A DNA stretch of 18,229 bases from Thermoproteota archaeon (GTDB lineage: Archaea; Asgardarchaeota; Jordiarchaeia; Jordiarchaeales; Freyrarchaeaceae), in contig JAPDJY010000073.1 of the NCBI GenBank assembly GCA_029258835.1, positions 1 through 18,229 on the forward strand, read 5' to 3'. How positions within the stretch are numbered: the stretch's first letter is position 1; each line of letters opens with the position of its first letter. A program made the translations under genes and the position numbers. The notes beneath the pieces are model-generated. The model was not told the DNA's origin and did not search any database. It saw only the letters and a program-made list of their open reading frames with translations. This document shows positions 1-9,281 of this stretch, piece by piece.

Positions 1-1
1 G

Positions 2-1390
2 GTGGCGGACTGCGTAATATCGTGGATGCAGGGGGTTCCAGCGTGTGGAAAACCACTCCTATTCACAGACCAGCAAGTATTCACAGAAATGATAGACTGG
101 CCAACAATAATCATAATAATCTCCCTCATAATAATCGCGGCTGTGGCTTCAAGATCCGGCATCTTCGAGTACCTGTGCATTAAGGTTGTTAAGTTGAGTG
201 GTGGAGACCTTAGGAAGCTCTTCACCTACCTATGCCTGCTAAGCTTCGCACTCACAGCAATAATAGGGAACGACCCTGCCTTTATCATAATCAGCGCTCT
301 TACTTTGACTTTGACTAGGGCTCTCGGCGTTGACCCCCGACCCTACATTCTTGGGGAGGTGTTCGTGATAAACGCGGCGAGCACGTCAACCCTAGTGGGG
401 AGCTTCGTCAACATCCTGATCTCGGCACACTTCAACCTGAACCCAAGCTACTACCTCTCATACGTCCACTTCATTGTTCTAGGCGCACCGTTCGCAGCGG
501 CATACTCCGCAGCTTCGATGCTCATCGTCCAAAGGATCTTCAGGGAGGAGTTCAAGGCGCATGACGAGAGAGGGTTTGAGCTCGTGAGAGCCCGCCTCCT
601 ATCACTCGACGAGTCAACCATAATAGAGGACACCCACCTCTTCAAAAGGATGATCATACTCTTCATTCTAACCATCACCGGCTTCGTGGTTGCTGGCTCA
701 CTTAACATCCCCCTCTACATGGTTGCTCTGGTCTCAGCGTTCGCATTCCTCCTCCTAAGCGGAGCAGACCCAGAAAAAGTCCTGCAGGAGGTTGATTGGG
801 GTCTTGTGGTTTTCCTCGTTAGCATTTTCATTATTGTTGGTGGGGTTCACAGCGCAGGCGTCCTCGAATCAATAGGGAAAAGCCTAGGAAGCCTAACAAC
901 AGGAAACCCCCTAGCAACGATCTTCCTGACAATGACGGTTTCCGGCGTTCTTTCTGGTGTTATGGATAACGTTTCTGTTACTACTGCTTTGTTGTATGTT
1001 TTGGCTCCTCTTTCTGTTAATGCCTTTGTCCTCGATAAGGTTGTTGTTTGGTCTCTTATTTATGGTGCTAATGCTGGGGCCAGCCTCACACCCATAGGAG
1101 GGATACCAAACCTCCTGGCAATATCGATACTAGAAAGAAACGGAACACCAATCTCATGGAAAAACTTCTTCAAAATAGGAACACCACTATGCCTGGTTTC
1201 ATTCCTCATAGGAACAGGGTTACTGTACGGCCTGGCGACGCTTCTAGGGTGGACCTCCACGGGACCGGAAGTCTTCGCCATGGTTCTCGCATCCCTCATG
1301 AAGATGGCAGGGGTCGGCGCAGGGGAACTGGGGATACCAGGATGGGTGACGCTACTAGCCGCATACTACGGATACCCAATCCCGTACTAG
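2..1390 (+). CDS. ArsB/NhaD/SLC13 (ion-transporter superfamily) permease; 5' end may lie outside the window
   Basis: Many hydrophobic helices and the twofold repeated IT-superfamily motifs: IIGNDPA...NAASTSTLVGSFVNILI in the first half, EVDWGLVVF...SGVMDNV...GANAGASLTPIGGIPNL in the second. Confidence 0.85.
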   Translation: MADCVISWMQGVPACGKPLLFTDQQVFTEMIDWPTIIIIISLIIIAAVASRSGIFEYLCIKVVKLSGGDLRKLFTYLCLLSFALTAIIGNDPAFIIISALTLTLTRALGVDPRPYILGEVFVINAASTSTLVGSFVNILISAHFNLNPSYYLSYVHFIVLGAPFAAAYSAASMLIVQRIFREEFKAHDERGFELVRARLLSLDESTIIEDTHLFKRMIILFILTITGFVVAGSLNIPLYMVALVSAFAFLLLSGADPEKVLQEVDWGLVVFLVSIFIIVGGVHSAGVLESIGKSLGSLTTGNPLATIFLTMTVSGVLSGVMDNVSVTTALLYVLAPLSVNAFVLDKVVVWSLIYGANAGASLTPIGGIPNLLAISILERNGTPISWKNFFKIGTPLCLVSFLIGTGLLYGLATLLGWTSTGPEVFAMVLASLMKMAGVGAGELGIPGWVTLLAAYYGYPIPY

Positions 1391-1560
1391 CCCGGGAAAA
1401 CACGCAGAAGCCGGCAGCAACCCTCCACCCAAACAATGTTTAAATTCAACGCCAACACGACCCGCCGGCACCACGTGAACCACCACCCCAACACCAACAG
1501 CCTCCCAACCTCCTATGATTACCACTATAATAACTCTTTTATACCAAAATTCTCTGACCT

Positions 1561-1570
1561 AAAATTTAAG
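1561..1570 (+). promoter_or_regulatory. Probable archaeal TATA box (AAAATTTAAG)
   Basis: TTTAAG about 25-30 nt upstream of GTG 1594; a GGAGGGG RBS-like sequence lies in between. Confidence 0.4.
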
Positions 1571-1593
1571 CGAGTTGGCTGGAGGGGACGAGA

Positions 1594-2682
1594 GTGAAGT
1601 ACTGCAAGGTTGCCTTTGCACTTCTCCTTGCTCTACTCGTCCTGTCCCTGGGGTGCATGTCGACGGAAACCGCAGCCATCCCGGTCCAAGCTAAACTCAG
1701 CGGCGAGGCACCATCATTCTCGGTGTCTGAAGAATGGGTTTACAACTTCACCTTCACCAATCAAACCGATGGATCAACGGTTACCGCCACGATAAACGCA
1801 AGCACTTCGGCAGCCTACACTCACATGACGGATTACCATGGTAACATGAGAGACTGCTATGTTTTCAAGTTCAACCCAATAGACCCGCAATCCCTCATGA
1901 TAATAATAGGATACCTGTCAAGCACGTTTAACATTGGTAACGTGAGCGTTAACTCGCTTCTCTCCCAGTACACCAACGAGAGCAGCGTCAAGCTATACCT
2001 GGAGACAGACAACTTCTCATTGGTGGGTGCAAGCTACCACCTCAAATTCGATAATGGCACACACACGGTGGATGCCAGCTTCACAGCCCTGCTCAACGAG
2101 ACATATCCATACCTCATGTTTAACTTCCCGCTCTCAACAGGGAAAACATTCGGAAACTACACCCCCTCCATAAACATCTCGTTAGATGGCGACATCTCAT
2201 ACACAAACTCCTCGGGAACATACCATACCCCCATAGCTGAGGAGGTGAACTTCACCTACCCGTACAGCTACTCGTTCTACCCGCTGTTCAAGGTTGTAGG
2301 CACCGAGACGGTGACTGTGGAGGCTGGCTCGTTCGAGTGCTGGAAGATAGGTGTGCTCAACTCCTCGAACCCGAACCAGATCGTAGGATACGTATGGTAC
2401 TCCCCAGACGCCAAGAACTACATTAAAGGGGAACTGACAACAGGAGACTCCAGCGGAAACACGTATAACATACAAATCGAGCTGGTGAGCTACGAAGGGT
2501 ACACTTCCCCGATCCCACCCGGCGCGTGGCTCATGCTGTTCATGTACCCGTACATCGTCCTTTACAACTACTTCCAGGGGCAGCAGCGTAACAACCTGCT
2601 CTTCGTCGCGGGGATAGGGGCCGTGGCCGGCGTGGCCATAGCAGCGGTGGCAATAGCTTCACGTCGTAAAAGCAAACCTTAG
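1594..2682 (+). CDS. Exported beta-rich surface protein with N-terminal signal peptide and C-terminal membrane anchor
   Basis: N-terminal KYCK plus hydrophobic stretch ending LGC; many N-x-S/T sequons; ETVTVEAGSFECWKI...VWYSP motif seen in many exported beta-sheet proteins; C-terminal TM helix followed by RRKSKP. Confidence 0.7.
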   Translation: MKYCKVAFALLLALLVLSLGCMSTETAAIPVQAKLSGEAPSFSVSEEWVYNFTFTNQTDGSTVTATINASTSAAYTHMTDYHGNMRDCYVFKFNPIDPQSLMIIIGYLSSTFNIGNVSVNSLLSQYTNESSVKLYLETDNFSLVGASYHLKFDNGTHTVDASFTALLNETYPYLMFNFPLSTGKTFGNYTPSINISLDGDISYTNSSGTYHTPIAEEVNFTYPYSYSFYPLFKVVGTETVTVEAGSFECWKIGVLNSSNPNQIVGYVWYSPDAKNYIKGELTTGDSSGNTYNIQIELVSYEGYTSPIPPGAWLMLFMYPYIVLYNYFQGQQRNNLLFVAGIGAVAGVAIAAVAIASRRKSKP

Positions 2683-2690
2683 TTCAACTC

Positions 2691-2698
2691 CTTTTTTT
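2691..2698 (+). terminator. Oligo-T archaeal terminator
   Basis: T7 run (2692-2698) about 10 nt after the stop codon at 2682. Confidence 0.5.
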
Positions 2699-2830
2699 AA
2701 TAGCTGAAGGCGGCATCACCCGCTGGACGCGTACGCACCCTTAAAAGATGTTAGTGTTTTACCGGTTGCGCCTGTTTAAGTGCGGTCTTCATAGGTTCTC
2801 CTCGGCTTCTTGGATGTTCGGCTGCCGGGA

Positions 2831-2840
2831 AGGTATATAA
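2831..2840 (+). promoter_or_regulatory. TATA box for the flavoprotein gene
   Basis: AGGTATATAA about 35 nt upstream of ATG 2873, with GGTGG RBS at 2864-2868. Confidence 0.55.
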
Positions 2841-2872
2841 GGGTGATGGTTAACCGTGCTCATGGTGGTTGC

Positions 2873-3430
2873 ATGCTGTATGCTGTTGGCGTTTCCGGCA
2901 GCCCGAGGAAGGGTGGTAACACCGACTACCTTCTAGGTGTCGTCTTGGGGTGCTTGAGGGATCTGGGGTTTGAAACACGCCTTCTAAGGGTTGCAGACTA
3001 CGATGTTAAGCCCTGCGTTTCATGCTGGACATGTGTCGAGCGGGGTGAATGCTGCATCGACGATGAAATGAGCAGCATCATCATACCCGAAGTCTTAAAG
3101 GCGCACGTGCTCGTCCTCGGAAGCCCGGTGCACTTCGACAACGTTTCAAGCTTCATGAAAACGTTCATGGACAGGACGTGGCCTCTACGCGGCAGGCTTA
3201 GGGGTAAAGTCGGGGGAGGGTGCGTCGTGGGTAGAGGCTACGGCCTCGACCTGGCACTCGCCGCAATACACTCATTCATGCTGAAGCACGAAGTAATCCT
3301 GTGCCACAGGGGGGTGAGGGGGGTAGCCTACAGGAAGGGGGAGGTCAGCATGGACAAGAGAGCAATGGATGACGCCGCCAAGCTCGCAGAGGCAATCTCA
3401 AAGGTCGCCTTAAAACTGTACGAGCACTAA
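2873..3430 (+). CDS. Iron-sulfur flavoprotein / NADPH-dependent FMN reductase (flavodoxin fold)
   Basis: GSPRKGGNT FMN loop; Cx2Cx2Cx5C cluster motif (CVSCWTCVERGEC); LGSPVHF...MKTFMDR. Start moved from 2810 to ATG 2873 because of the TATA box and RBS. Confidence 0.9.
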   Translation: MLYAVGVSGSPRKGGNTDYLLGVVLGCLRDLGFETRLLRVADYDVKPCVSCWTCVERGECCIDDEMSSIIIPEVLKAHVLVLGSPVHFDNVSSFMKTFMDRTWPLRGRLRGKVGGGCVVGRGYGLDLALAAIHSFMLKHEVILCHRGVRGVAYRKGEVSMDKRAMDDAAKLAEAISKVALKLYEH

Positions 3431-3636
3431 ACCATCGGGGAACCCGCAGTGAGGGTGAAGCACCAAAAGCGTCCACCCTGCCTCCTTTAACGCCCACCGA
3501 CGGAAGTCTGGGTGGCCGGTTTAACCCTTCAGCTCCCCTCCGACCATCTGACTCCCGCCTCCCACCTGTTCAGCAGTAATTTTTTTAACGTAAAGGAAGG
3601 GAAAATAATGGGTTCGCGGTTAACCGGGGGCTTGAA

Positions 3637-4137
3637 ATGTTGGGTGGGGTTTTCCGCGTGCTCTTCGTCTGCGACGCTAACACCTTCAGAAGCCCTCTAG
3701 CCGAGTTCATGCTGAAGCGCATGCTGTCGGATAGGGGGGTTGATGGTGTTGAGGTCTACTCTGGGGGTGTCGCCTCCCACGCCAGGGATGGGTGCATGAT
3801 CTCCCAGGACGTGATCCTCATGCTCAGAGAGGAGGGGGTAACAGTCCCTGAGGCTCCTTTCTCAAGGGATCTTAAAAGGCACAGGGAGCTCCTCAGGGAG
3901 GCTGACCTCATCCTTACGATGACGGCTGAACAGAAGAGGAACGTCCTGGACATGGACGACATCAAGGGGAGAGTTTACACCCTTAAAGAGTACGTTGGGG
4001 AGGAGGGTGACATAGTGGATCCGAGGGAGCTGGGAGAAGAGTACTATCCGAGGTGTAAGGAGGAGATCAAAAGGTGCCTGGAGAAGCTTGCCGACAAGCT
4101 TGCATCCTTAAACTCGCCTAGCCGGGTGATCCCTTGA
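3637..4137 (+). CDS. Low-molecular-weight phosphatase family protein (LMW-PTP / arginine phosphatase / ArsC fold)
   Basis: VLFVCDANTFRSPLAE P-loop (C-x5-R-S), ADLILTM and DIVDP general-acid motif. Confidence 0.85.
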   Translation: MLGGVFRVLFVCDANTFRSPLAEFMLKRMLSDRGVDGVEVYSGGVASHARDGCMISQDVILMLREEGVTVPEAPFSRDLKRHRELLREADLILTMTAEQKRNVLDMDDIKGRVYTLKEYVGEEGDIVDPRELGEEYYPRCKEEIKRCLEKLADKLASLNSPSRVIP

Positions 4138-4598
4138 AGCGGAAAGGCGTCATAGCGTTAGCCGTGGTATTCATCCTCCTAGCCTCAGCCGTAATGCTAT
4201 CCCTAACCCCGAAAGCCAAGGTAGTTTTCATCCCATACTACACGGTGGACGTAAGGCGGTACTCCTTCAACGTCACCCACAGCACCTACTACGACGTTAG
4301 CTTCCACCTTGACTCAGGGTGCCAGGTGAACTTCTCCTTCACGGTAAGCTGGTTCCTAAACGTGCTCCTCCTAGACTCGGAAAACTTCGAAAGCTACAGG
4401 AACGGCGAACCCTACCCCTCCATCCTAACCATAGAGGCTACCAACACAAGCATGGTCTACGAGGGAAGCTATAAAGCCGCCAAAACAGACACCTACCACC
4501 TAGTCTTCGAAAACAGCGTGCTCCCGATAGAAGACTCTGAAGTCAACCTAACAGTTAACCGCACAGTACCCTCCCTCCTACCCATCACATACTACTAG
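4134..4598 (+). CDS. Small N-terminally anchored beta-sandwich protein (GOLD-like by pattern), function unknown
   Basis: TTGA overlap with the phosphatase stop; KRK plus TM helix; VNFSFTV...NVLLLDSENF...TYHLVFEN strand pattern. Confidence 0.6.
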   Translation: MKRKGVIALAVVFILLASAVMLSLTPKAKVVFIPYYTVDVRRYSFNVTHSTYYDVSFHLDSGCQVNFSFTVSWFLNVLLLDSENFESYRNGEPYPSILTIEATNTSMVYEGSYKAAKTDTYHLVFENSVLPIEDSEVNLTVNRTVPSLLPITYY

Positions 4599-4631
4599 GA
4601 ATCCCGGAAGGGTTAACGGCGGCAGTAACCC

Positions 4632-5942
4632 TCATCGAATGGGGAGCAAGGTATTTAAGCGCCACGGCAACCCCGACGGCCACCCCGCCCCCCTCCACCC
4701 CGTACACCACCCACCGTTGAGGATGCGTTGGCGTGGCGAGCACCGCGTAAAGCGCCGCCTGACACAGCAGGTTGCCTTTTTCCACAAGGCCCTCCGTCCG
4801 GTTATACGGCCCCGTCCTATATTGTAAAACTTGGCGTTCCCCGTGAACTCTCCACCCTCCACATGACCCTGAAACGCCTCAACCCTGATCCTTTCACACC
4901 CCACCCTGCACGATCAGCGTGAAGTTGACGTCCTCCGGCTCCGCCTCGCCAGCCACGTAAGTTAGGTAGTATGTTACGACGCCGCTTTCAACTGTTACGC
5001 TTGCTGGGTCGGGTCCGGATGCGTTGTAGAGTCCGGTGGGGAGTGGTGAGAGGGCGTTTCCGCCTACGGATACGACGGGCTGTGAAGCGTTGAAGGTGTG
5101 GTATACGAATGCTAGGTGTCTGCTCCAGTTCCAGACCCCTGGCTCCCCGCCCTCCAGGAACCAGTTACCCGAGAGCCTCCCGGGAAGGTCGTAGTCTATT
5201 TTCCCCCCTCTGGGCTCGTCAACCCTCCTGACCTTCTGGTAGGCCCTCTCCCTCAGGTCCTCCCTGAGGTAGTCCAGGGGGCAGACCGCGTGAGCCATGG
5301 AGGGAGGGTAGGTCTCAGGGTGGATGAACCCCAGGGTAACCCCATAGTCCACCACACCCCAGTCAAGGCAGCACTGGCCCGGGCGGACACGAGCCACACC
5401 CAAAACCTCACCAGCCCTAACCGGAATGCTCACCTCAACCTTTTCATCAGGATTCAAGCCTCCAACCTGCTCCTTAACCCATCCTGCTAGTCTGAGAGGT
5501 GGTGGAAGTATGTTTCGCACGTGGCGGTGTGGTTGATGTACACTATTGTAGTCGTCGTAGCTGACGGTTTCACCGTTGACCGTCACTAAACGGCTTATAC
5601 TCTGTTCTCGTTATTGCCCCGTCTGCTGGGGCCACCACGTTGTAGGCTTCACTCCCGTCTCGTTCACCAGCACGAAGTATACGTGGTCGCTCGGGAAAGT
5701 GTGCCTTGGAGGGTTAAGGTGGCCTAAGGGTATTATTTCGGAGTAGGCTTCATCCTCCAGCGGGATGTAGGTGAACGTGACCGTCGACCTGCACGGCTAC
5801 ACGTGAGGCGTGTTAACGCTAAAAGCCCCTAGCTGGTGTTAGCGTCCACCAGCCGCTGCCAGTAGACGCCAAGCAGCAGCCCGGCTAAGATGACGCATAG
5901 GAACGCTATGCTCCACCTCCGCTTTCTCGGTGCCGCCTTCAA
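4632..5942 (-). pseudogene. Multiply disrupted gene for an exported protein with M23/LytM-like hybrid motifs
   Basis: Consecutive fragments in different frames: MKAAPRKRRWSIAFLCVILAGLLLGVYW (TTG 5942, TAG 5831-5829); TFTYIPL...IIPLGHLNPPRHTFPSDHVYF; YNVVAPADGAIT; VYINHTATCETYFHHLS; IPVRAGEVLG...HAVCPLDY...GGKIDYDLPGRLSGNWF; ERIRVEAFQGH. The 3' boundary is approximate. Confidence 0.75.
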
Positions 5943-6200
5943 CCGTTAACGCACACTTCCACACTCTCAGCTCTCACACCATTCTCATTAAGTGTTCACC
6001 CTTAATTTCCTTTTCCCCCTCAACGAGTTCGTAAGGTTCCTTCTTCCGCTTCCGCCACTCAGCTTGCACCTGAGCTACTCCAGTTGCTGCCCCTAGCTTG
6101 CGGTGGATCGTTTTAAACCGGTTGAAGCCGTTTTCCGTCCGTGAGCGGCATCGTTTCTCTCCCTCCCGCTTTTTAACGTCAAGCTTATATGTGTTGAATG

Positions 6201-6250
6201 TTTCTATAATAGTAATTATTATAATGGTGGTTATTATAATGGCTGTTATA
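6201..6250 (+). repeat. Three-and-a-bit tandem 15-bp repeats overlapping the ATPase start
   Basis: TTTCTATAATAGTAA / TTATTATAATGGTGG / TTATTATAATGGCTG / TTATA at 6201, 6216, 6231 and 6246; palindromic ATTATAAT core in copies 2 and 3; TATA-like CTTATAT at about 6184-6190. Confidence 0.8.
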
Positions 6251-7486
6251 CGTAGGAGGGAGCTGGACCCGGCTCTGAAGGGGTTTAGGTGGCTTCTGAT
6301 CTACGGGAGGAGGAAGACTGGTAAAACTTTCTACGTGAGGGAAAGGGCTGACTACGACAGGTACTTCATAGTTGCAAGGAACAAGGTGCTCATAGACCTT
6401 TGTGAAGGGGAGGAATACACGCAGAGCGAGTTCAGAAGGATGCTCCCCCTCATGGTTAAGGATGAAAGGGTGGTGGTGGACGAGTTCCACCGCCTAGACG
6501 AGCCAGCTCTCTCAGCCATCCAAGCCCTAAGCGGCGTCGGCCACTTGATCCTGATAACGTCGACGATGCACTACTTCAGGGAGGTTGTCGGCAGGGGCAG
6601 CCCCCTCCTCGGCCTCTTCGAGCTGAGGAAGGTTTCACTTGTTGATCCAAGGGACGCCATAGCCTTCGCCAGGGCACTCGGCTTGAAGGGGAAGGAGATG
6701 TTTGAGGTGGCGTGCATGGTGAGGGAGCCCTGGCTTGCACCCATAGTTGAAAGGTACAGGGAGAAGGCCTACCTCAACGTGAAGGACGAGTTGAGGGTTT
6801 ACGTCCCACACCTCACGGGGGAGGTCTTCACCGAGGAGGACGTCGAGTTCACGGCCAGATACTCGGCCATCCTAGGGGCCATAGCTAACGGGAAAACGTA
6901 CTCCTCCGAGATTTCAAGCTACCTCTTCTCGAGGGGGCTGATAGGAAAGGACAACCCCGGACTCGTCTCCCAGTACCTGAGAAACCTCGTCCAAATGGGG
7001 CTGGTGAAGGCTACACCGATGGAGGGGAAGAAGAGGAAGACCTTCCAGTACAGGCACGCGTCCCCCATCATAGACCTGGCATACTACCTGAATGAGAAGT
7101 ACGGGTTCTTCGAAGCGGACATGGACGAGCAGAGAGTTGGGGAGGCCTTCAGCGAAAGGGTTCCAATGTACATGGAGTGGTTCTTCGAAGAGCTCCTCTC
7201 AAGGGAGTTTAACATGCAGCCCGTTAAAATAGCAAGGCCAGACCTTGAAGTGGACGTAGCGTTAAGAGAGCACATGAGGGTGAAGGTCGTGGCGGAGGTG
7301 AAGTGGAAAAGCGTCGTTGACGGAAGGGAGCTGGCCAGGGTTGAAGATAAGCTATCAGCGTTCAAGGATGCGAGGAGGATACTGATCGTTCCAAGCAGGG
7401 ATGCGCTCAAAAGGGAGCCTGAGGGCGTCGAAGTATGGGACTGGAAGCTGATATGGGGGAAGGTGGAGGAGGCCGCCTCAACGTAG
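6239..7486 (+). CDS. Archaeal AAA+ ATPase with wHTH and C-terminal PD-(D/E)xK-type domain (DUF234-like)
   Basis: Walker A GRRKTGKT; Walker B VVVDEFH; SPLLG; wHTH YSSEIS...VSQYLRNLVQMGLV; EVDVA...VAEVKW nuclease-like motif. Start taken at ATG 6239. Confidence 0.85.
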   Translation: MAVIRRRELDPALKGFRWLLIYGRRKTGKTFYVRERADYDRYFIVARNKVLIDLCEGEEYTQSEFRRMLPLMVKDERVVVDEFHRLDEPALSAIQALSGVGHLILITSTMHYFREVVGRGSPLLGLFELRKVSLVDPRDAIAFARALGLKGKEMFEVACMVREPWLAPIVERYREKAYLNVKDELRVYVPHLTGEVFTEEDVEFTARYSAILGAIANGKTYSSEISSYLFSRGLIGKDNPGLVSQYLRNLVQMGLVKATPMEGKKRKTFQYRHASPIIDLAYYLNEKYGFFEADMDEQRVGEAFSERVPMYMEWFFEELLSREFNMQPVKIARPDLEVDVALREHMRVKVVAEVKWKSVVDGRELARVEDKLSAFKDARRILIVPSRDALKREPEGVEVWDWKLIWGKVEEAAST

Positions 7487-7559
7487 AAGGGAATCTGGTG
7501 AAGGGGGCTTCACCCCGCCTCGCCACCTCGGTTCGTCGACGGGAACAGCATCCACGCGT

Positions 7560-8492
7560 TCAGGACGCCTTATCCCTCACCGCCGCCAGGAAGTCTATTA
7601 TTAGCCTTGCAGCAACCTGAGCGGTGACGCCTGCAGGGTCGTACAGCGGGTTCACCTCTACGATGTCGAAGCCAACCACGTTGCCCTTCTCCGGGAGGGC
7701 TGTGAGCATCTCCCTCATCTGAAGGTAGGTGAAGCCTCCAGGCTCAGGGGTTCCCGTCCCGGGGGCAACCGAGGGGTCGAGCACATCTATGTCTATCGTG
7801 ACGTAAATGTTCTCTGACTCGGGGATCTGCTCCAGCACCCACCTGCTCCCATTCCTTATGGCTTCCTCAGCCGTTATTATCCTCGAACCGTACTTAACGG
7901 CCTCCTCAACTATGAACTCGGGGTTCAGCAGCCCCCTTATGCCGATCTGGGTGATCCCCTCAACGTGCCCCAGCTCCGAAATCCTCTTCATGGGGTTCGC
8001 GTGGCAGAGCCTTACCCCCGCAACCTCGTCCATGAAGTCGAGGTGTGTGTCGAAGTGGACGACGCTCAGCCTCCTCCCCTCAAAAGCCCTAACCACGGGG
8101 AACGTGATGGAGTGGTCGCCGCCCAGAACCACCGGGAACACGTCGTGCTTCAGGATCTCCTGAACGTGGAGGGTTACAAGGTTAAGGTTGAACTCGCTTA
8201 GGGTGGGGGCGATGGGGACGTCGCCGTAGTCGACGATCCTGGTTCTGGCAAGCTTGCACCTTCCAAGCTCAACGTCGTAGATCCCCTCCTCAGCCCTGAG
8301 AAAAGGACCGTAAATCTGGGAGGCCTCCCTTATAGCCCTCGGCCCATACCTCGCACCAACCCTGTTGGTAACCCCCTGATCTAGGGGGACGCCGAGAACA
8401 GCCACATCCACACCGTCCAGAGCCCTCGTGTACGGAACCTTGCAAAACGTTACAACACCGACAAAAGGCAGCTCGCCCCCAACACTCACCAT
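7560..8492 (-). CDS. speB: Agmatinase / ureohydrolase family protein
   Basis: GVPLD...GARYGPRAIR, GGDHSIT, HFDTHLD, TIDIDVLDP-x-VAPGTGTPEPGG and DIVEVNP metal-binding motifs. Confidence 0.9.
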   Translation of the reverse strand: MVSVGGELPFVGVVTFCKVPYTRALDGVDVAVLGVPLDQGVTNRVGARYGPRAIREASQIYGPFLRAEEGIYDVELGRCKLARTRIVDYGDVPIAPTLSEFNLNLVTLHVQEILKHDVFPVVLGGDHSITFPVVRAFEGRRLSVVHFDTHLDFMDEVAGVRLCHANPMKRISELGHVEGITQIGIRGLLNPEFIVEEAVKYGSRIITAEEAIRNGSRWVLEQIPESENIYVTIDIDVLDPSVAPGTGTPEPGGFTYLQMREMLTALPEKGNVVGFDIVEVNPLYDPAGVTAQVAARLIIDFLAAVRDKAS

Positions 8493-8944
8493 TCCACCTC
8501 CACCCTAACGTGGGGCAGCAACACGGGTAAACGTGGAGAAACACTTATTAAACCCTTACCCATCAATAGCCCTCCACCCTCACTCAACGCTTCAAGCCAT
8601 AGCCAAACCCAACCATCTAAACTCAACCCCAAAAGCGGCACACCCAAGAGCCGCCGAGAAAGAGGTAGCTTCACGTTTCCATCCGTCGGGCTACCGCCCC
8701 AGACCCTCCCTAACATCCCACGATAAGCCAACCACCGGCTGCACGTCCACCCTCAAACCCACCCCTCCCCTGCAGCACCCTCCACGGAAACAAAACACCT
8801 CAACAGCAGCCTTCAAGAAGCCCCGGTTAAAGGGTAACCGTTAGGGTGCGACCGCCCCCTCGGAAGCCGACGGACCCCTCCACAGCGCTCAACCCTTTTC
8901 CAGTCGGCGGCAAAAGCTTTTATCCTTCACCCTCTTACTAATCT

Positions 8945-9274
8945 ATGGGGGTTCTCATGGTTCAACGGAAACCGCTAGTTTTCACTTTCACCAGCGAGTG
9001 GAGTCATGCGGTCAGCGTCTTCGCCTGCGAGCTTAGGGAGGAGCTTGGGGGGGTGGTTGTGGCTGTGGCTGCCTCCCCCGGCGAGGACGTGATGGTCTAC
9101 GACAGTAACGTTCTCGTCGTGCTTAGGGGTGGAGGGCTGGAGGAGAGGTGGAGGGTTCTGGAGGTTGCGAGGAGGGTTGAGGAGAAGTTCAACGGAAAAA
9201 TAGGGATAAACCCCCTCATCGTAACCGAAAAGGAGGGAGAACGCCTTTCCCCATTATTCTCCCAAAGCCGATGA
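8945..9274 (+). CDS. Degenerate minimal-nucleotidyltransferase-like protein (putative antitoxin)
   Basis: About 100 aa directly upstream of a HEPN gene. YDSNVLVVL sits where SDxD-hydrophobic is expected; helix plus C-terminal INPLIV strand as in MNT folds; no GS motif. TTTTAT box at about 8918-8923. Confidence 0.55.
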   Translation: MGVLMVQRKPLVFTFTSEWSHAVSVFACELREELGGVVVAVAASPGEDVMVYDSNVLVVLRGGGLEERWRVLEVARRVEEKFNGKIGINPLIVTEKEGERLSPLFSQSR

Positions 9275-9281
9275 CCTCCTC

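Noticed and set aside
6098-6238. 47-aa N-terminal extension of the ATPase with an apparent TM segment
   Set aside because: The hydrophobic stretch is the translation of the 15-bp repeats, and a TATA-like box lies inside the extension. ATG 6239 fits the family start.
8486-8844. Short ORFs upstream of speB
   Set aside because: Low-complexity skewed intergenic DNA with no motifs, RBS or codon support.
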